DNA of 63,126 nt, counting the filler, from Ministeria vibrans ATCC 50519 (Eukaryota; Protista; Filasterea), in the NCBI GenBank assembly GCA_943704425.1. It is 10 parts of 10 records of this genome, joined end to end, with 100 filler letters (N's around TTAATTAATTAA, not from the genome) between each part and the next. Parts side by side here need not be neighbours in the genome. Positions count along the whole stretch, not along the records: positions 46,754 to 51,354 come from CALSCP010000072.1; positions 51,455 to 53,540 come from CALSCP010000546.1; positions 53,641 to 59,265 come from CALSCP010000658.1; positions 59,366 to 61,405 come from CALSCP010002193.1; positions 61,506 to 63,126 come from CALSCP010000461.1; 5 more parts are not named here. One strand, 5' to 3'. How positions within the stretch are numbered: the stretch's first letter is position 1; each line of letters opens with the position of its first letter. The position numbers and the translations under genes were made by a program. The notes beneath the pieces are model-generated. The model saw only the letters and a list, made by a program, of their open reading frames with translations. It was not told the origin of the DNA and did not search any database. Below are positions 48,475-63,126 of the stretch, in pieces.

Positions 48475-50089
48475 NNNNNNNNNNNNNNNNNNNNNNNNNN
48501 NNNNNNNNNNNNNNNNNNNNNNNNNNNNNNNNNNNNNNNNNNNNNNNGCGGGCCGTCTCTATCACGCTCTTTCTTTCTCTCTCCTTTCTCATTCTCTATC
48601 GCTGTCTGACTCTTTTTTTTTGTCTTCTCTCGCGCGGTAGTATGCCTATGAAATGAAGGATGCGCTGTGCATGGTGCTTGATCTTATGGGCGGTGGTGAC
48701 TTGCAGTACCATTTGCGTCAACAAGTATATAGCAACAACGCTCAATCAATTTTTATGGTGGTGTTAACATACGTTGTGTGTGTTCTCGTGTCTTCTTTTG
48801 TAGGGCACATTCAATGAGGAACGAACGAGATTTTACGCAGCCGAAATGACATTAGGTCTCCAGCACATCCACAAAGCTGGTGTTGTATACAGGTCCGTAT
48901 TGGGTGTTGGCGTTCTTGAGTTGTTGTCTGTCTACTCACACTGTTTTGTTTTTGGTGGTGGGTGTAGAGATATGAAACCGGAGAACATGCTGGTGGACAA
49001 GCAGGGCCACTTGCGGATCAGCGATCTGGGTCTGGCGGTGCGGATCAATAAGAAGAAGGGCTACAGCAAAGGGCGCGTGGGCACTCCGGGGTATATGGCT
49101 CCCGAGGTCATCCGCGGCGAGCACTACGGCTTTGGCGTCGATTGGTGGGGCCTCGGCTGTTGCATTTACGATATGCTTGAGGGCCACGGTCCCTTCCGCA
49201 AGAACAGGGAAAAGGTCAAGCTTGAGAAGCTCCAGAAACGTGCTCTCGAGGGCGAAATTCTCTTCTCCGACCGCTTTTCACCCGCCGCAAAAGACATTGC
49301 CAGCCAGGTAACTCGTTCAAATTATATATTGTTGTCTTTCCCTTTTCGGTATCCTCACACACAAGAATACGTCGTTTCCATTCTATAGTTTCTGATTCGC
49401 GATCCCGCACAGCGATTGGGCGTGCGCAAGAAGGGCGGCCATCGCGAAATCCATAATCATCCTTTCTTCGCTGAGATTGACTGGGCCCGTCTCGAGGCGG
49501 GCGTCGTCACTCCCCCCTTCATCCCCAGCGTAATATTATTAATATTTTTTTGTACATCCTTTTTACATTCTCTTGCATTTTTTTCACCTTTTTTTAGCAA
49601 AACACTGTGAACGCAAAGGACGTGCTGGATATTGACCGGTTCGACTCGATCAAGGACGTCAAGCTGACGAGCACAGACACGGAGCTGTACGCTCGCTTCC
49701 CCGTTGTCGTGTCCAAGTGCTGGCAGCAAGAGATGGTCGACACTGTCTTCAACGAGCTCAACCCGTTTGACCCGCAGGACTTGCCATACGAGCTGGATCC
49801 GGCCAACACGGAAGAGGCGCCCAAGACACGCACAGGTCTGATGGGTCTGCTTCTGGGCAAGGGTGGTCCCAAGAAGGACCCCAACAAGCCCCCACTGACG
49901 TTCAGCGCGCCCTCGCGCGACACCCCAGCGCCCTCCAAGGTCGTCATGGGCTCGCCTCCATCCTCGCCTAGTAGCCGGCAGCCCGCTGTGACCCACTCCA
50001 CCAACCTCACCACTGAGGTCTCCTCTGTCTCGGCCACCACTCCTGCCTCCGAGGCCCCTCCCACTCCCACTCCCGAGGACTCAAAGTGA
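46987..50089 (+). CDS. G protein-coupled receptor kinase (GRK4/5/6-like: RH domain + kinase, no PH); start codon unresolved
   Basis: LPIGKLEFQQFC (RH), [95 protein letters not shown]. Confidence 0.93.
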
Positions 50090-50746
50090 TCCCACTTCAC
50101 ATCACAACTAGAGAGAAAACTGAGAGTAGTCTGTGTGTTTCGTATGTCTGTGTGATTTCCCCCTTTTTTCTTTTATGCGTGTAACGGACAAACTGAGAGA
50201 GTTGAGCCAAGTGTGTTTTGTAAAATGATACCCCCTCCTCCCCCTCTACCCCAAATTTGCGTGTTTGTTTTGTGTGTCTCTCTCTCATTTTTTGTTTGTT
50301 TCCTTACACTCCATCCCGTTTTGCTTCTTTCTCCTTTTAATGATCCCTTTCTCTTCGTTTCCCCCTTCTCTCTTTAAACACAATAAAAGAACTCTAATTG
50401 AAAAGCCAAATCAGTTCGAACGTAAGTTTTATCGTAATATATGTTTATATTGAATGAGTGTAACAGTGAGAAAAAAGGGAGTGTGATAGATTCAGGGACG
50501 GGTCTTCATCACTTTTGCACCTCTCAATTTTCTTTCTTCTGTACGTCTTGGAGGAAAATGAAACAAACTGATAGAAGAAAGTTACATTTTGTTACTTTCT
50601 TCTCAATCACTTTGTAACTTTCTTCTATCAGTTTGTTTCATTTTCCTCCATCACTTTGTTTCACTTCTTTACCACTTTGATATTTTCTTCAATCACTTTG
50701 TTACTTTCTACTCTATCACTTTGTTACTTTCTCCCCTATCACTTTG

Positions 50747-50790
<44 letters not shown>

Positions 50791-50801
50791 TCTAAGAGTA
50801 G

Positions 50802-51200
50802 TTACATAAGAAAAAGATTCGGGTAGAAGCGCAGTCCCTCTACAGTGTCATCGCGACAGAGGGCGCCAGTGCGCTCAGCAAGGAACAGCTGTTCACGCGC
50901 CACTGTGAACGAGACACGCAGAAGGGAGGCAAGTTGGGCCGGAGACAGAGACGCAAAACCACTGCTCATAGGACTCTTGTTTTTGTCTTGTTGTTGTTGT
51001 TGTTGTTGATCGTTGAGTATTTCCAGAATGCGACTGATTGTGTCTGATTCGTCGTGTGATCGCAACTGTAACAAAACAAATGAATTGTTTTTGCAACCAT
51101 TTTTAATTATCAAGGTACCTCAATGACTAATACTCCACTTTCAAACTTTGTGAGTTTGACTGGTAAATTAAGCTCATCAAATAACCCGCACGCTTTGCGC
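50802..51200 (-). CDS. VPS36: ESCRT-II subunit VPS36/EAP45, last two exons
   Basis: KACGLFDELNLPVKLTKFESGVLVIE|LRSHD...AREQLFLAERTGALCRDDTVEGLRFYPNLF. Confidence 0.9.
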
Positions 51201-51247
51201 TAAGAGAACAAGACATACACAAACGTATCACACACGAACACACAAAG

Positions 51248-51354
<107 letters not shown>

Positions 51355-52109
51355 NNNNNNNNNNNNNNNNNNNNNNNNNNNNNNNNNNNNNNNNNNNNTT
51401 AATTAATTAANNNNNNNNNNNNNNNNNNNNNNNNNNNNNNNNNNNNNNNNNNNNGAAAGTAACACGCAAGCCACAAACATAACCATCGCTATAAGCTCAC
51501 ACTCACACGACAGCATACCACCAATGTCAGCAGAGCACAACAAACGCCAAAGTCGCAGCCACTAACCCTAACCCTAACCCTAACCTCCCTCCAGTCCAAC
51601 CAGTGGTGCAAACTGTGGGGCGCGTGTGAGTCGTCTGAGGTCTTCGTTCTGCAAGAGGTTTAGCTCGTCGTACTTCCCTGACGGCAGCACGATCGTTGCT
51701 TGGCCAAAGTCCATCGCACTCCTCACAGCCTGAACGTACACGTTCCGCAGGGCTCCCACACGTAGGTCCCGCAGGAACACTCGCTGCCACACGGCGCGTG
51801 CCTTGCCGTACCTCTCCTTGATCCCTGCCGAGATTGACTGGGCGAGCCTGAGTCTGAAGAAAAGAAATGGAGAATAGAGAGCTTACTCAATGTCAAAACA
51901 AGACAATATACAAAACAAAGAGCAGCACAATACTTCCGCGGTAGACTTCCAGACGAGAATGTCCCGAAAGAAGCCCATAGACCCACTGATATTATTATCT
52001 TTCTAACCTTTTAAATATAAATGTTCTATAAATGATCAAATTTCTCTTTCTCTCGTTTCACTTCTCTTCTTTCTTCTCTTTCTCTCTTTCTAAAATCGAA
52101 AATTAATGA

Positions 52110-53540
52110 TCAAAAGTCATCGAAACGATCGACCAGGCGCGAACGCGAGAGAAGTCCGCTCTTCTCAGTGACACGATCGTCTGTCTCGTCCACACTGGTC
52201 GTGTTTACGCCCGCAATGGTCTCAGCCACAGCCGGGCGCCCCGCCCGCTGCGTCACGGCCAAGAGCAACTGGTGCGTGCGACGCACCGCAATGAGAGCGC
52301 ACAGCAGGAGAGTGGCACACAACACAATCGCAACAATGTTGTTGGTCGACATGAATCCGGTCGAGCCCGACAGTGGCGACAGTGCACTCACAGGCTCGTG
52401 GTTTTCGCTCCAAACCACACGCACAGGCGACGACTGGTCGGCGTGCGCCAGCCACTCAGTCTCCGCCAACAGTGTACGCTCCGGCGTCACCTCGGTGCTA
52501 TTGTGGTCTGCCCAGAGCGTTGCGTACAAACGTGCCACGAGTGACGCAGCCGACACTCGGTCGTTGCCATGGACCGCAATGGTCAGGTCTGGGTAGCCAC
52601 CGTCGACCGAGTCGACCGTCACCTGGAAGTGACGGTGGTCCACTTGAAGCAGACGCACCAGCTCGCTTTCGACGGCAAGCGCACACCGTTCACGAGCCGC
52701 CGTTGCGTCATTGGCATCGAGCAGCGCCAGACGGCGACGCAACTTGATGTGTTGCACACTGGCACGCACCGTCGAGAGAGTCACACCCACCATGTCAAAC
52801 TCCCAATGCATACTAGTGGGCATGGCGTTGCCCGCCACATCCTTGACGTCGTACACTGTCATGCGCACCGTCGCACCCTCCACCTTCGCCCAGGGCACTG
52901 CTGCCCCAAACTCCACCAGTACACTGCGGCCCTGACACACCACCAGCAGTTCGTTGGTGCCCGTCGACTTCCATTCGTACTTGGCACCGCCGATGGTCGA
53001 CGCGGCCGTCACCGCGAACCCATATGGGGTGCGACAATCAATGGGCTCGTCAAAGGTAATGCTCACACTCTTGCCAGGACTGTACTTGCCGTCGGCAGGC
53101 TCGGCAAAGTGGCCAAAGACACGCGGAGCCTGGCGGTCAATGGTGCCACGCACGACATGCGACGACTGCTCGTTGATGCCCGGCGGAGGCTGAGCCATGT
53201 TGGCCGGCTTGCACAGCGTACGCAAACGCAAGTCGTAGGTGCCGTCGGGAATGCTCGCCACGTCCCAGTACACCACAGCATAGCCAAACATGGATTGGAG
53301 TGACGCAAGTCCGCCTTCGGTCGGCAGCGTCGCTGTCTCATCCGCCATGACCATCGTCGCGGGACTCCACAGTGCACCGCCCACCACACGGTACTCGAGC
53401 ACCACATTGGTAATGCGTGTGCCGTCTGCCTTCCACGACTGCTCCACCACGTTCTTGTTAAGCGCCACCACGCGCAACTGGTTCTTGTGCTTGTTCTGCC
53501 AGTCTCCCTTCTCCGCCGTGTGCGTGTTCACCGTGAACGT
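52110..53540 (-). CDS. C-terminal part of a large intronless type-I surface protein with Ig-like (Big/SbsA-like) domains
   Basis: WDVASIPDGTYDLRLRTLC, IDRQAPRVFG...PADG, ITFDEPIDC, VKDVAGN; TM IVAIVLCATLLLCALIAV followed by RR. Confidence 0.7.
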   Translation of the reverse strand, partial: TFTVNTHTAEKGDWQNKHKNQLRVVALNKNVVEQSWKADGTRITNVVLEYRVVGGALWSPATMVMADETATLPTEGGLASLQSMFGYAVVYWDVASIPDGTYDLRLRTLCKPANMAQPPPGINEQSSHVVRGTIDRQAPRVFGHFAEPADGKYSPGKSVSITFDEPIDCRTPYGFAVTAASTIGGAKYEWKSTGTNELLVVCQGRSVLVEFGAAVPWAKVEGATVRMTVYDVKDVAGNAMPTSMHWEFDMVGVTLSTVRASVQHIKLRRRLALLDANDATAARERCALAVESELVRLLQVDHRHFQVTVDSVDGGYPDLTIAVHGNDRVSAASLVARLYATLWADHNSTEVTPERTLLAETEWLAHADQSSPVRVVWSENHEPVSALSPLSGSTGFMSTNNIVAIVLCATLLLCALIAVRRTHQLLLAVTQRAGRPAVAETIAGVNTTSVDETDDRVTEKSGLLSRSRLVDRFDDF

Positions 53541-53640
53541 NNNNNNNNNNNNNNNNNNNNNNNNNNNNNNNNNNNNNNNNNNNNTTAATTAATTAANNNN
53601 NNNNNNNNNNNNNNNNNNNNNNNNNNNNNNNNNNNNNNNN

Positions 53641-56293
<2,653 letters not shown>

Positions 56294-56361
56294 GACCGAA
56301 TCAAAAATATGATTAGTATGATAATAATTTAATTTCATTCATCAATGCTTATAGTTTCACA

Positions 56362-56448
<87 letters not shown>

Positions 56449-56703
56449 TATTATGATTGTTGACCAAACAAACAAAGGAAGCAAAGTCAACTACCACCAC
56501 ACTACCACTGACTTGCGTGTTCCTTTCTTTCCACCTATAGTCCTATACGCCTATTGCCTAAACAGTGTTAAGTGCACCTGCAAACTTAAAGCAAAGAGTA
56601 TAATTATGTATAATTATGTTTTAATACTCAAAGAATGCACTGTAAAAGAGGGGGAAAATATATTGTAAAATTTACTCAAAAAAAGGTACATCTACAAAAA
56701 AAT

Positions 56704-57729
56704 TTACATTCCTAAGTCGGTCTCAACAAGCAACAAGAGCTGCGAAGCAACGTCGGCCATGGAGGGCCGAGCAGTGTGGTCGTGCGCCCAACCGGCGTGC
56801 ATCAGGGCCGTGTACTCGGCCGTGGCGCCGTGTAGAAGCCCATTGTCTGTGGCTGGACGTCGACCCGACATGATGGCTTGCGGGATCTCGTAAAAAGGTA
56901 TCTCAGCGTAGGGTACGGTCCGAGTCGCAATCTCATACATGATCACCGAAAAGGAATACACATCGGCAGCCGCAGTGAACTCTCCTCCTTCCATGACCTC
57001 GGGAGCTACATAATAAATAATAAGAATAAGAATATTAAAATAAGTAACAATAATAATGACCTTCCCCCCACCCTCCCTCTCCCTTTGCTTACCCTGCCAC
57101 AAAAGTGATCCCACACCAACAGTCGTGCTCCCTGATTCAGCGTCGACTAATGGCTCACGCAATGCATCGGTAACCCCTGCAGACAACATCTCGCGCGCTC
57201 GTGTCTGACTGTGTCCGGCCGCAACGACAGTCGCCAGCTTGGACGATCCAAAGTCTGCCACTTTCACTGTCCAGTGCTTGTCCACAAGCAAATTTTCCGC
57301 TTTGAGATCCCGATGTAGGCAGGGCGGCGCACGCGAGTGCAGAAAGCGCACGCCACGCGCCGCATCCAACGCAAAGCGCAGCCGCAAATCCCAACTCAAC
57401 TCCGTCGCACTGTCATCCAACACACTGCGCAGTGATCCCTTTTCCATGTACTCTAGCACTAGGAAGGGCACTTGGTTGTCGCGTCCCACACCACTTCCGT
57501 AGAAGTGGACCAGATTCGCATGGCGCAACGACCGCAAAAACTCAACTTCACGCTGAAATAGCCCTCGCGATTGTGCATCAAACTCAAGCACAGCCTCAAC
57601 AAGCTATCAAAAGCAAAACGTATGTAACCAAGATAATTAGACAAAATGTGCGATACCTGCTTGACTGCAACGTCCTTTCCAGCCCACGTCCCACGAAACA
57701 CATCTAGAACAAACAACACTATAAGGCAC

Positions 57730-57821
<92 letters not shown>

Positions 57822-59068
57822 TGGTGCTTCTTTCTCCTCTCTATCGCTTCGTTTCTTTCTCCTCCTTTTTCTCAATTTGTTTGTTTCTTTCTCCGTCATT
57901 TCTCTCTAGGCGTACTGTAATGAGGAGTGCGAGACCCACGCCAATGCCAACATACAGCGACTGATGACTCACAATAACAATGCATTGTTTGGCAGAAGGG
58001 CCGTGGCAGCCATGATGGCAGGACGGGTCGCAGGGGAGACAAAGCGCACCATCCGCAAGTGAATAGGATTGATAGTGCGTGTCGAGAGGACACTCAGGGA
58101 TGCACGATGGCCCAAGACCCGCCACAAAGAACGACCAGTACGTCCCGTTGCACACACACGCCGGTTGGTTCACTCCACTTGCCGCTGTGACCATTTCGCA
58201 TCGGCCGTGTGTGCCACACTAAAACGACACGACAAAATAATAATAAGAAAATAATATATAATATTAATAATAATAACAATAATAATAAGTATAATAATTA
58301 TAATAATAATAATAATACTAAATTTATTATTATTCTTATTATCATCATTATATTTTTGATTCAATTATGTTATAATTATATAGACTAACTGGAACGGGTG
58401 CGCAGGAAATGATTTCTTGGCATTTCGATCCACTGCGCCCAGTCGCACAGCAGTCGATGGGCCGCGGACCAGAGCAGCCCATCGTCGAGTAAAACTAAGT
58501 AGTGAGAGTGCGTGTGTGTAAGAAAAGAGGGACGGGAGAAAGAAACAAAGTGATTAAGAGTCTGTCAGGCCCACTGGAGGAGTACCTGTGATTCTGTTGT
58601 GCCATTGAAACACTCTCTATTGCACACGGAACACACTGGAAACTCTCCAAAAGTGCCCGCAGGACAAAACGGACCGGGAAAATTCACTCCTTGAAATGCC
58701 GTTACAATAGCAGTCCCGACAATCTGGGAGAGTAACAAGAGAAACAAAGTGTTTAAAGTAATAAATGAACTACTTTTCTATAGTCGTACGGATGGAAGTT
58801 GAACAAGTGGATTGAAAGAAATATCAATCACTGACATTGGAATGTATTCGCCATTGCTATAGACTGAGGTCCATCCATAAAATGACGAAATCGTCAAGTT
58901 ATTGTAGCTAAAATAATAAATAATTAAGAAATCAGTGAGTATGATTGTCATGTCCGTGTGTTGCTGGGCAGACCTTAAATCAACGGTATTCAATTTTGAG
59001 AGACTGTTGAACGATTGCAGGGCGTTAATTTCGTTTGAGCGTAATAACATTCGCTCAATATTGCCACA
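56704..59068 (-). CDS. Receptor kinase: LRR + furin-like Cys-rich ectodomain, TM, TKL-group kinase; 5' end off contig
   Basis: LRSNEINALQSFNSLSKLNTVDLSYNNL, CIPECP...CLPCDPSCHHGCHGPSAKQC, TM LYVGIGVGLALLIT, VAVK, LHRDLKAENLL, DFG, GSLLWQAPE, DVYSF. Confidence 0.85.
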
Positions 59069-59174
59069 CTATAAAAGAATTTAGAATTTAGTAACAACAA
59101 CAATAAAAAGAGAAAAATATTATAATCGTAATAAAAATTATAATAATAATAAATTATTAATAATAATAATAATG

Positions 59175-59265
<91 letters not shown>

Positions 59266-59365
59266 NNNNNNNNNNNNNNNNNNNNNNNNNNNNNNNNNNN
59301 NNNNNNNNNTTAATTAATTAANNNNNNNNNNNNNNNNNNNNNNNNNNNNNNNNNNNNNNNNNNNN

Positions 59366-59408
<43 letters not shown>

Positions 59409-59591
59409 AAGTGATAGAAAGAGAGAGAGAGAGACAAAGTGATAGAAAGAGAGAGAGAGCCAAAGTGATAGAAAGAGAGAGAGAGAGCCAAAGAAGGGGG
59501 AAAAGAAACAAAGTGATGAGAGTACGAGAGAAAACATGTCCTTAGAGAAAGATTCACAACTGATGGGAAGAGACGAAAAAAAAAAGTCTAC

Positions 59592-61210
59592 CTTTCCTTT
59601 GAGTGCCGGCACAATTCCACTGAGTGCCCTTAGAGTGAGTTGCACCAGTGAATCATCACTGTCCTCTAACCCCTCACACACCTACAAAAAAAAAAAGAAC
59701 AATCAATATTATTATTAATTTTATTATAATTTTCTTGGTTACTTTGGGAAGAAGATCATCGGTCAGTTGCTCACTCGTCAAAAAAGGTACAAAACTGTCC
59801 AAATGCGACAAAAGTGTAATCCGAACATTTCTACACACAAAAAATAGAAAGCCAGATCTTCAGTTGTTTTGTCTATAGATTTCTCTCTTTCTGAAAAGGG
59901 TTTTACCGATCGTGAATGGAAAAGAGTTTGAGAATCTGAGGAACCACTTCAGATTTGTAGTCGGTCAGTGGCAAAATTCCACCTTTGTCCCTACACACAG
60001 CAACACATCGTTAAAACACACTCGCTGGCTCCGTTTCTTTGTGTTGTTTCTTTTTTTATACTTTGGTTTGAGGAGAGTGTCAAAGAGTGGCTGTGCAAGA
60101 GGATCGGTGAGAAAGGAGTGAGAGAGAAGTTTCGGAAGAAGCAAATGAGAGACAGCGGAAGTGGGAAGAACGGGTAGTTGCTGGAGAAGCGACTGGTAGA
60201 GAGACGCTGAGCCATTCGGATTAGGGTTAGGATTAGGGTTCGAGTGCGCGGAGAGTGCTTTGAGTGTGGTGAGCAGCGGTGAGCCCGTAAAGTACGCTGA
60301 GTTCAGTGCCACACTCATTGCCTGTCGTTCTTTTGCCTATCACAACAAATCAATGATTATATTTGCATCGAACTTATCATCTTGTCTGGACCTTCTTTTG
60401 ACCAAACGCAGATTTGACCCACTGCGCAAAGTGTTTCAAGGACTCCAAATCAGAGTCGGATGTGTTCTCTCGCGCGTGCACAGCAGACCAAATACGCTCA
60501 ACCAGCGACGCAAATGCAAATGCGTCTCGTGCAAACACACTCCCTTCCATTTTCTACAAAATACAATAAATATATATATATGAACTTTAAATTAATTATG
60601 ATTATAAACAACGAAGAACGTCTTTTCCAAGTATTATTTAGTATGAACCACAAATAAAAAGTACAATTATAGTCATAAAATATTTTGATGATTGTACGTT
60701 TCCTTCGGGAACTTTTGCTGTTTCGTCTTGAGATTGGACGATGCTCGCGAGCAGATCCGACGTACAGTCTTCGTCACGCAGTGCACAATCAAATGAGCCC
60801 AACTACATTAAAAATACAATAAGAAGAAGGGTCGTAACGCGTCATTCATTGATTACCCTCCACCCGCCATCGGAAGGATTCACAAATATGGACTCGAGAC
60901 AGACATTATTGTGAACCACTTTGCAATTGGAATGCAAAAAGGACAGTGCAGTGCACAGTCGGTAGAGACCAACACAAATCTGTCGGCAAAAAAAGAAGCA
61001 TAGTCAGTCGAGCATGCACAGAGGAACGGTGTGTCGCGCTTGTACTTCGGCAACGGAGAGCGACTGAAGCACATCACTGAGCGGCACACAGGCTTCGGTG
61101 CAAAGACGCGCCGTGGTCAGACTGCTCTCCGAGCCACTGGTGGCCGGCTTGTCGTCGCTGTCGCTCAGCAAGTATCGCAGAATGGCAGGATGGCGGAGGA
61201 TCTTAAGCCA
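59592..61210 (-). CDS. SCYL3: SCY1-like pseudokinase with HEAT repeats (SCYL3/PACE-1-like), internal fragment
   Basis: WLKILRHPAILRYL, LQSLSVAE|ICVGLYRLCTALSFLHSNCKVVHNNVCLESIFV, LLPKVCEGLEDSDDSLVQLTLRALSGIV. Confidence 0.85.
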
Positions 61211-61505
61211 CTGTCACACCACAGACACACCACAGACACACCACAAAGAAACACACACACACACACCACAAAGACACACACACACACCACAAAGACACAC
61301 ACACACACACACACACCACAAAGACACACACACACACATTGAGAGGAGACCAAATATAACATAAGGAGAGATGAGCCGTTTTTCGTCAGTGGTTCTCTGC
61401 GCCCANNNNNNNNNNNNNNNNNNNNNNNNNNNNNNNNNNNNNNNNNNNNTTAATTAATTAANNNNNNNNNNNNNNNNNNNNNNNNNNNNNNNNNNNNNNN
61501 NNNNN

Positions 61506-61684
<179 letters not shown>

Positions 61685-61870
61685 CAAAGGAGAAAGAACA
61701 AAGTGATAGAGAGAGAAAGAGAGAGAAAGTGATGGAGAGAGACAGTGATGGAGAGAGAAAGTGATAGAGAGAAAAAGTGATAGAGAGACCCGAGTGGTAG
61801 AGAGACAAAAACAAAGTGAGAGAGAAGCAAAAAGAGGCACAAACAAACAAGAAACCCAAAAAAATCTTAC

Positions 61871-63115
61871 TTGGAAAGAAGTGACAAGGTTGACGAGGAA
61901 AGGAAAAGTGACAGCCGAGAGAATCTTGTTCTCGTTGATCGAGTGCTCCACTTGCTTCAGTCGCACCACTTTGGCCTTCTTCAGCACTTTGATAGCAACA
62001 AAATCACCCGTCGCGTTATCCTGGCCTAAAATCACTCGACCAAACGATCCCGTGCCCAACGTGTTCAACTTTGTAAAGTCATTCCACCCTTTGCCATCCT
62101 GTGCGTGTGCGTGAGAGAGAAAAAAGAGACAATCAAGGTGAGCACACACACACAACACTGCCTTGTTGCTGGTGTTGGCCAGCGACAGGACACACCGCCC
62201 AGCACAGCGACGGCCTTCTATCGACACTATCAGACGCGTGGAGGTCTCATACAACCCTTAACGCGAACGAAAGAGGCACTCCAAGGAACATAGCAATGCA
62301 AACGGTCACTCACGAACCGATGAGTCTCTCTTGACGTCAAACCGAAGATAACGACGCCTGTCGCGCAATATCAAACGGAAGAAGAGGCCACAAGTAACCC
62401 CCCTGCGCACATGCAGCCAGCCGGCGTGCCGCCCACGAGCAGTGGGAAACCGTCGCGGTTTGTTAAGGAGAATAGCCACAAAAAAAAGGTATTATTTAGA
62501 TTCGAAGAAAACACTTGAATCTCCAAGTGAAATCAGAGGGGTTGATGAGGCAGCGAGAGGTTCGTGAGAGTATCGCAATGGACATAGGGCGGAGAGTGCG
62601 CGGCGCAAAGGAGGGCGGGAAAAGCCGTTTTGAGCCGTTTTGGGTTGACAGAGTGTCGAAAATAAATGAAACGGACAAGTGGGCGGCAGGAATGGAGGCA
62701 CAGGGGGGCGCAGACAAACGGTTGGGCAGTGTAGGTGGGCGGAGCGGGCGAGAATGCAGGGGCAACAGCACAAGCGGTAACGGATGTTCAAAAAGAGGAG
62801 AAAAAAAAACGGTTGACGTCACTGGAAGGAGTGACAGGAGCAATATGGGGAGGTCCAGGGGAGTGGACAGAGCCATACGGGGGCTCTGTACACTCGCGGG
62901 GGCATGAGGTGGCGCTGGAAGGCCCTGGAGAGCCCACTTGGGACTGCAGGAGATCCACAAAACGATAAAAAGAACCCTCGCGCCATCTAGGAAGACCCGG
63001 CGGCCCTCTGGCCGTGCCCCACCGAACACACCATACTACATAGTGTCGTGTACCTCGTTCTTAGCGCCGTATTTCGCAGAGAAGTCCATTTTGGCCTTTT
63101 GTAAGAATCCGGCAA
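61871..63115 (-). CDS. PRKACA: cAMP-dependent protein kinase catalytic subunit, two internal exons (63054-63115; 61871-62098)
   Basis: VAGFLQKAKMDF... and TLGTGSFGRV...AIKVLKKAKVVRLKQVEHSINENKILSAVTFPFLVNL. Confidence 0.93.
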
Positions 63116-63126
63116 CTAAAAAAAAA

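Noticed and set aside
51527-51990. Possible small spliced gene on the minus strand
   Set aside because: Coding-like, with one plausible intron, but the frame and product cannot be determined.

Overview
Intron-rich, microsatellite-rich eukaryotic genomic DNA, probably from a unicellular holozoan. This is inferred from a GRK4/5/6-like kinase, a GAP1-family RasGAP, SCYL3, a POFUT-like enzyme, an integrin-alpha-like N-terminus and animal-like PKA intron positions. The window is not one locus: it is 10 contigs concatenated with artificial ~100-nt linkers (N44-TTAATTAATTAA-N44), so adjacency across linkers means nothing. Genes: ATIC/purH and SAICAR synthetase head-to-head, an O-fucosyltransferase fragment missed by the ORF track, an SLC49-type MFS transporter, syntaxin-16, an EF-hand + bacterial Pkn2-like kinase with a duplicated unknown domain and CaaX, a Mit_KHE1 protein, TCP11, a GH78 rhamnosidase with two SUEL lectin domains, a short-ectodomain transmembrane adaptor-like protein, RRP1, a PIF/Harbinger transposon, an EH-EH-Kelch protein, mitochondrial RNA polymerase, GRK, VPS36, a bacterial-like Ig surface protein, RasGAP, an LRR/furin TKL receptor kinase, SCYL3 and PKA-C. 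The standout is contig 27099-34992, whose first and last 109 bp are identical, so it closes into a 7,785-bp circle (or a collapsed tandem array). Closing it joins two apparently separate ORFs into one in-frame gene of at least 2,303 aa with laminin-like architecture: LN domain, ~13 laminin-EGF repeats, coiled coil, EGF and LamG.
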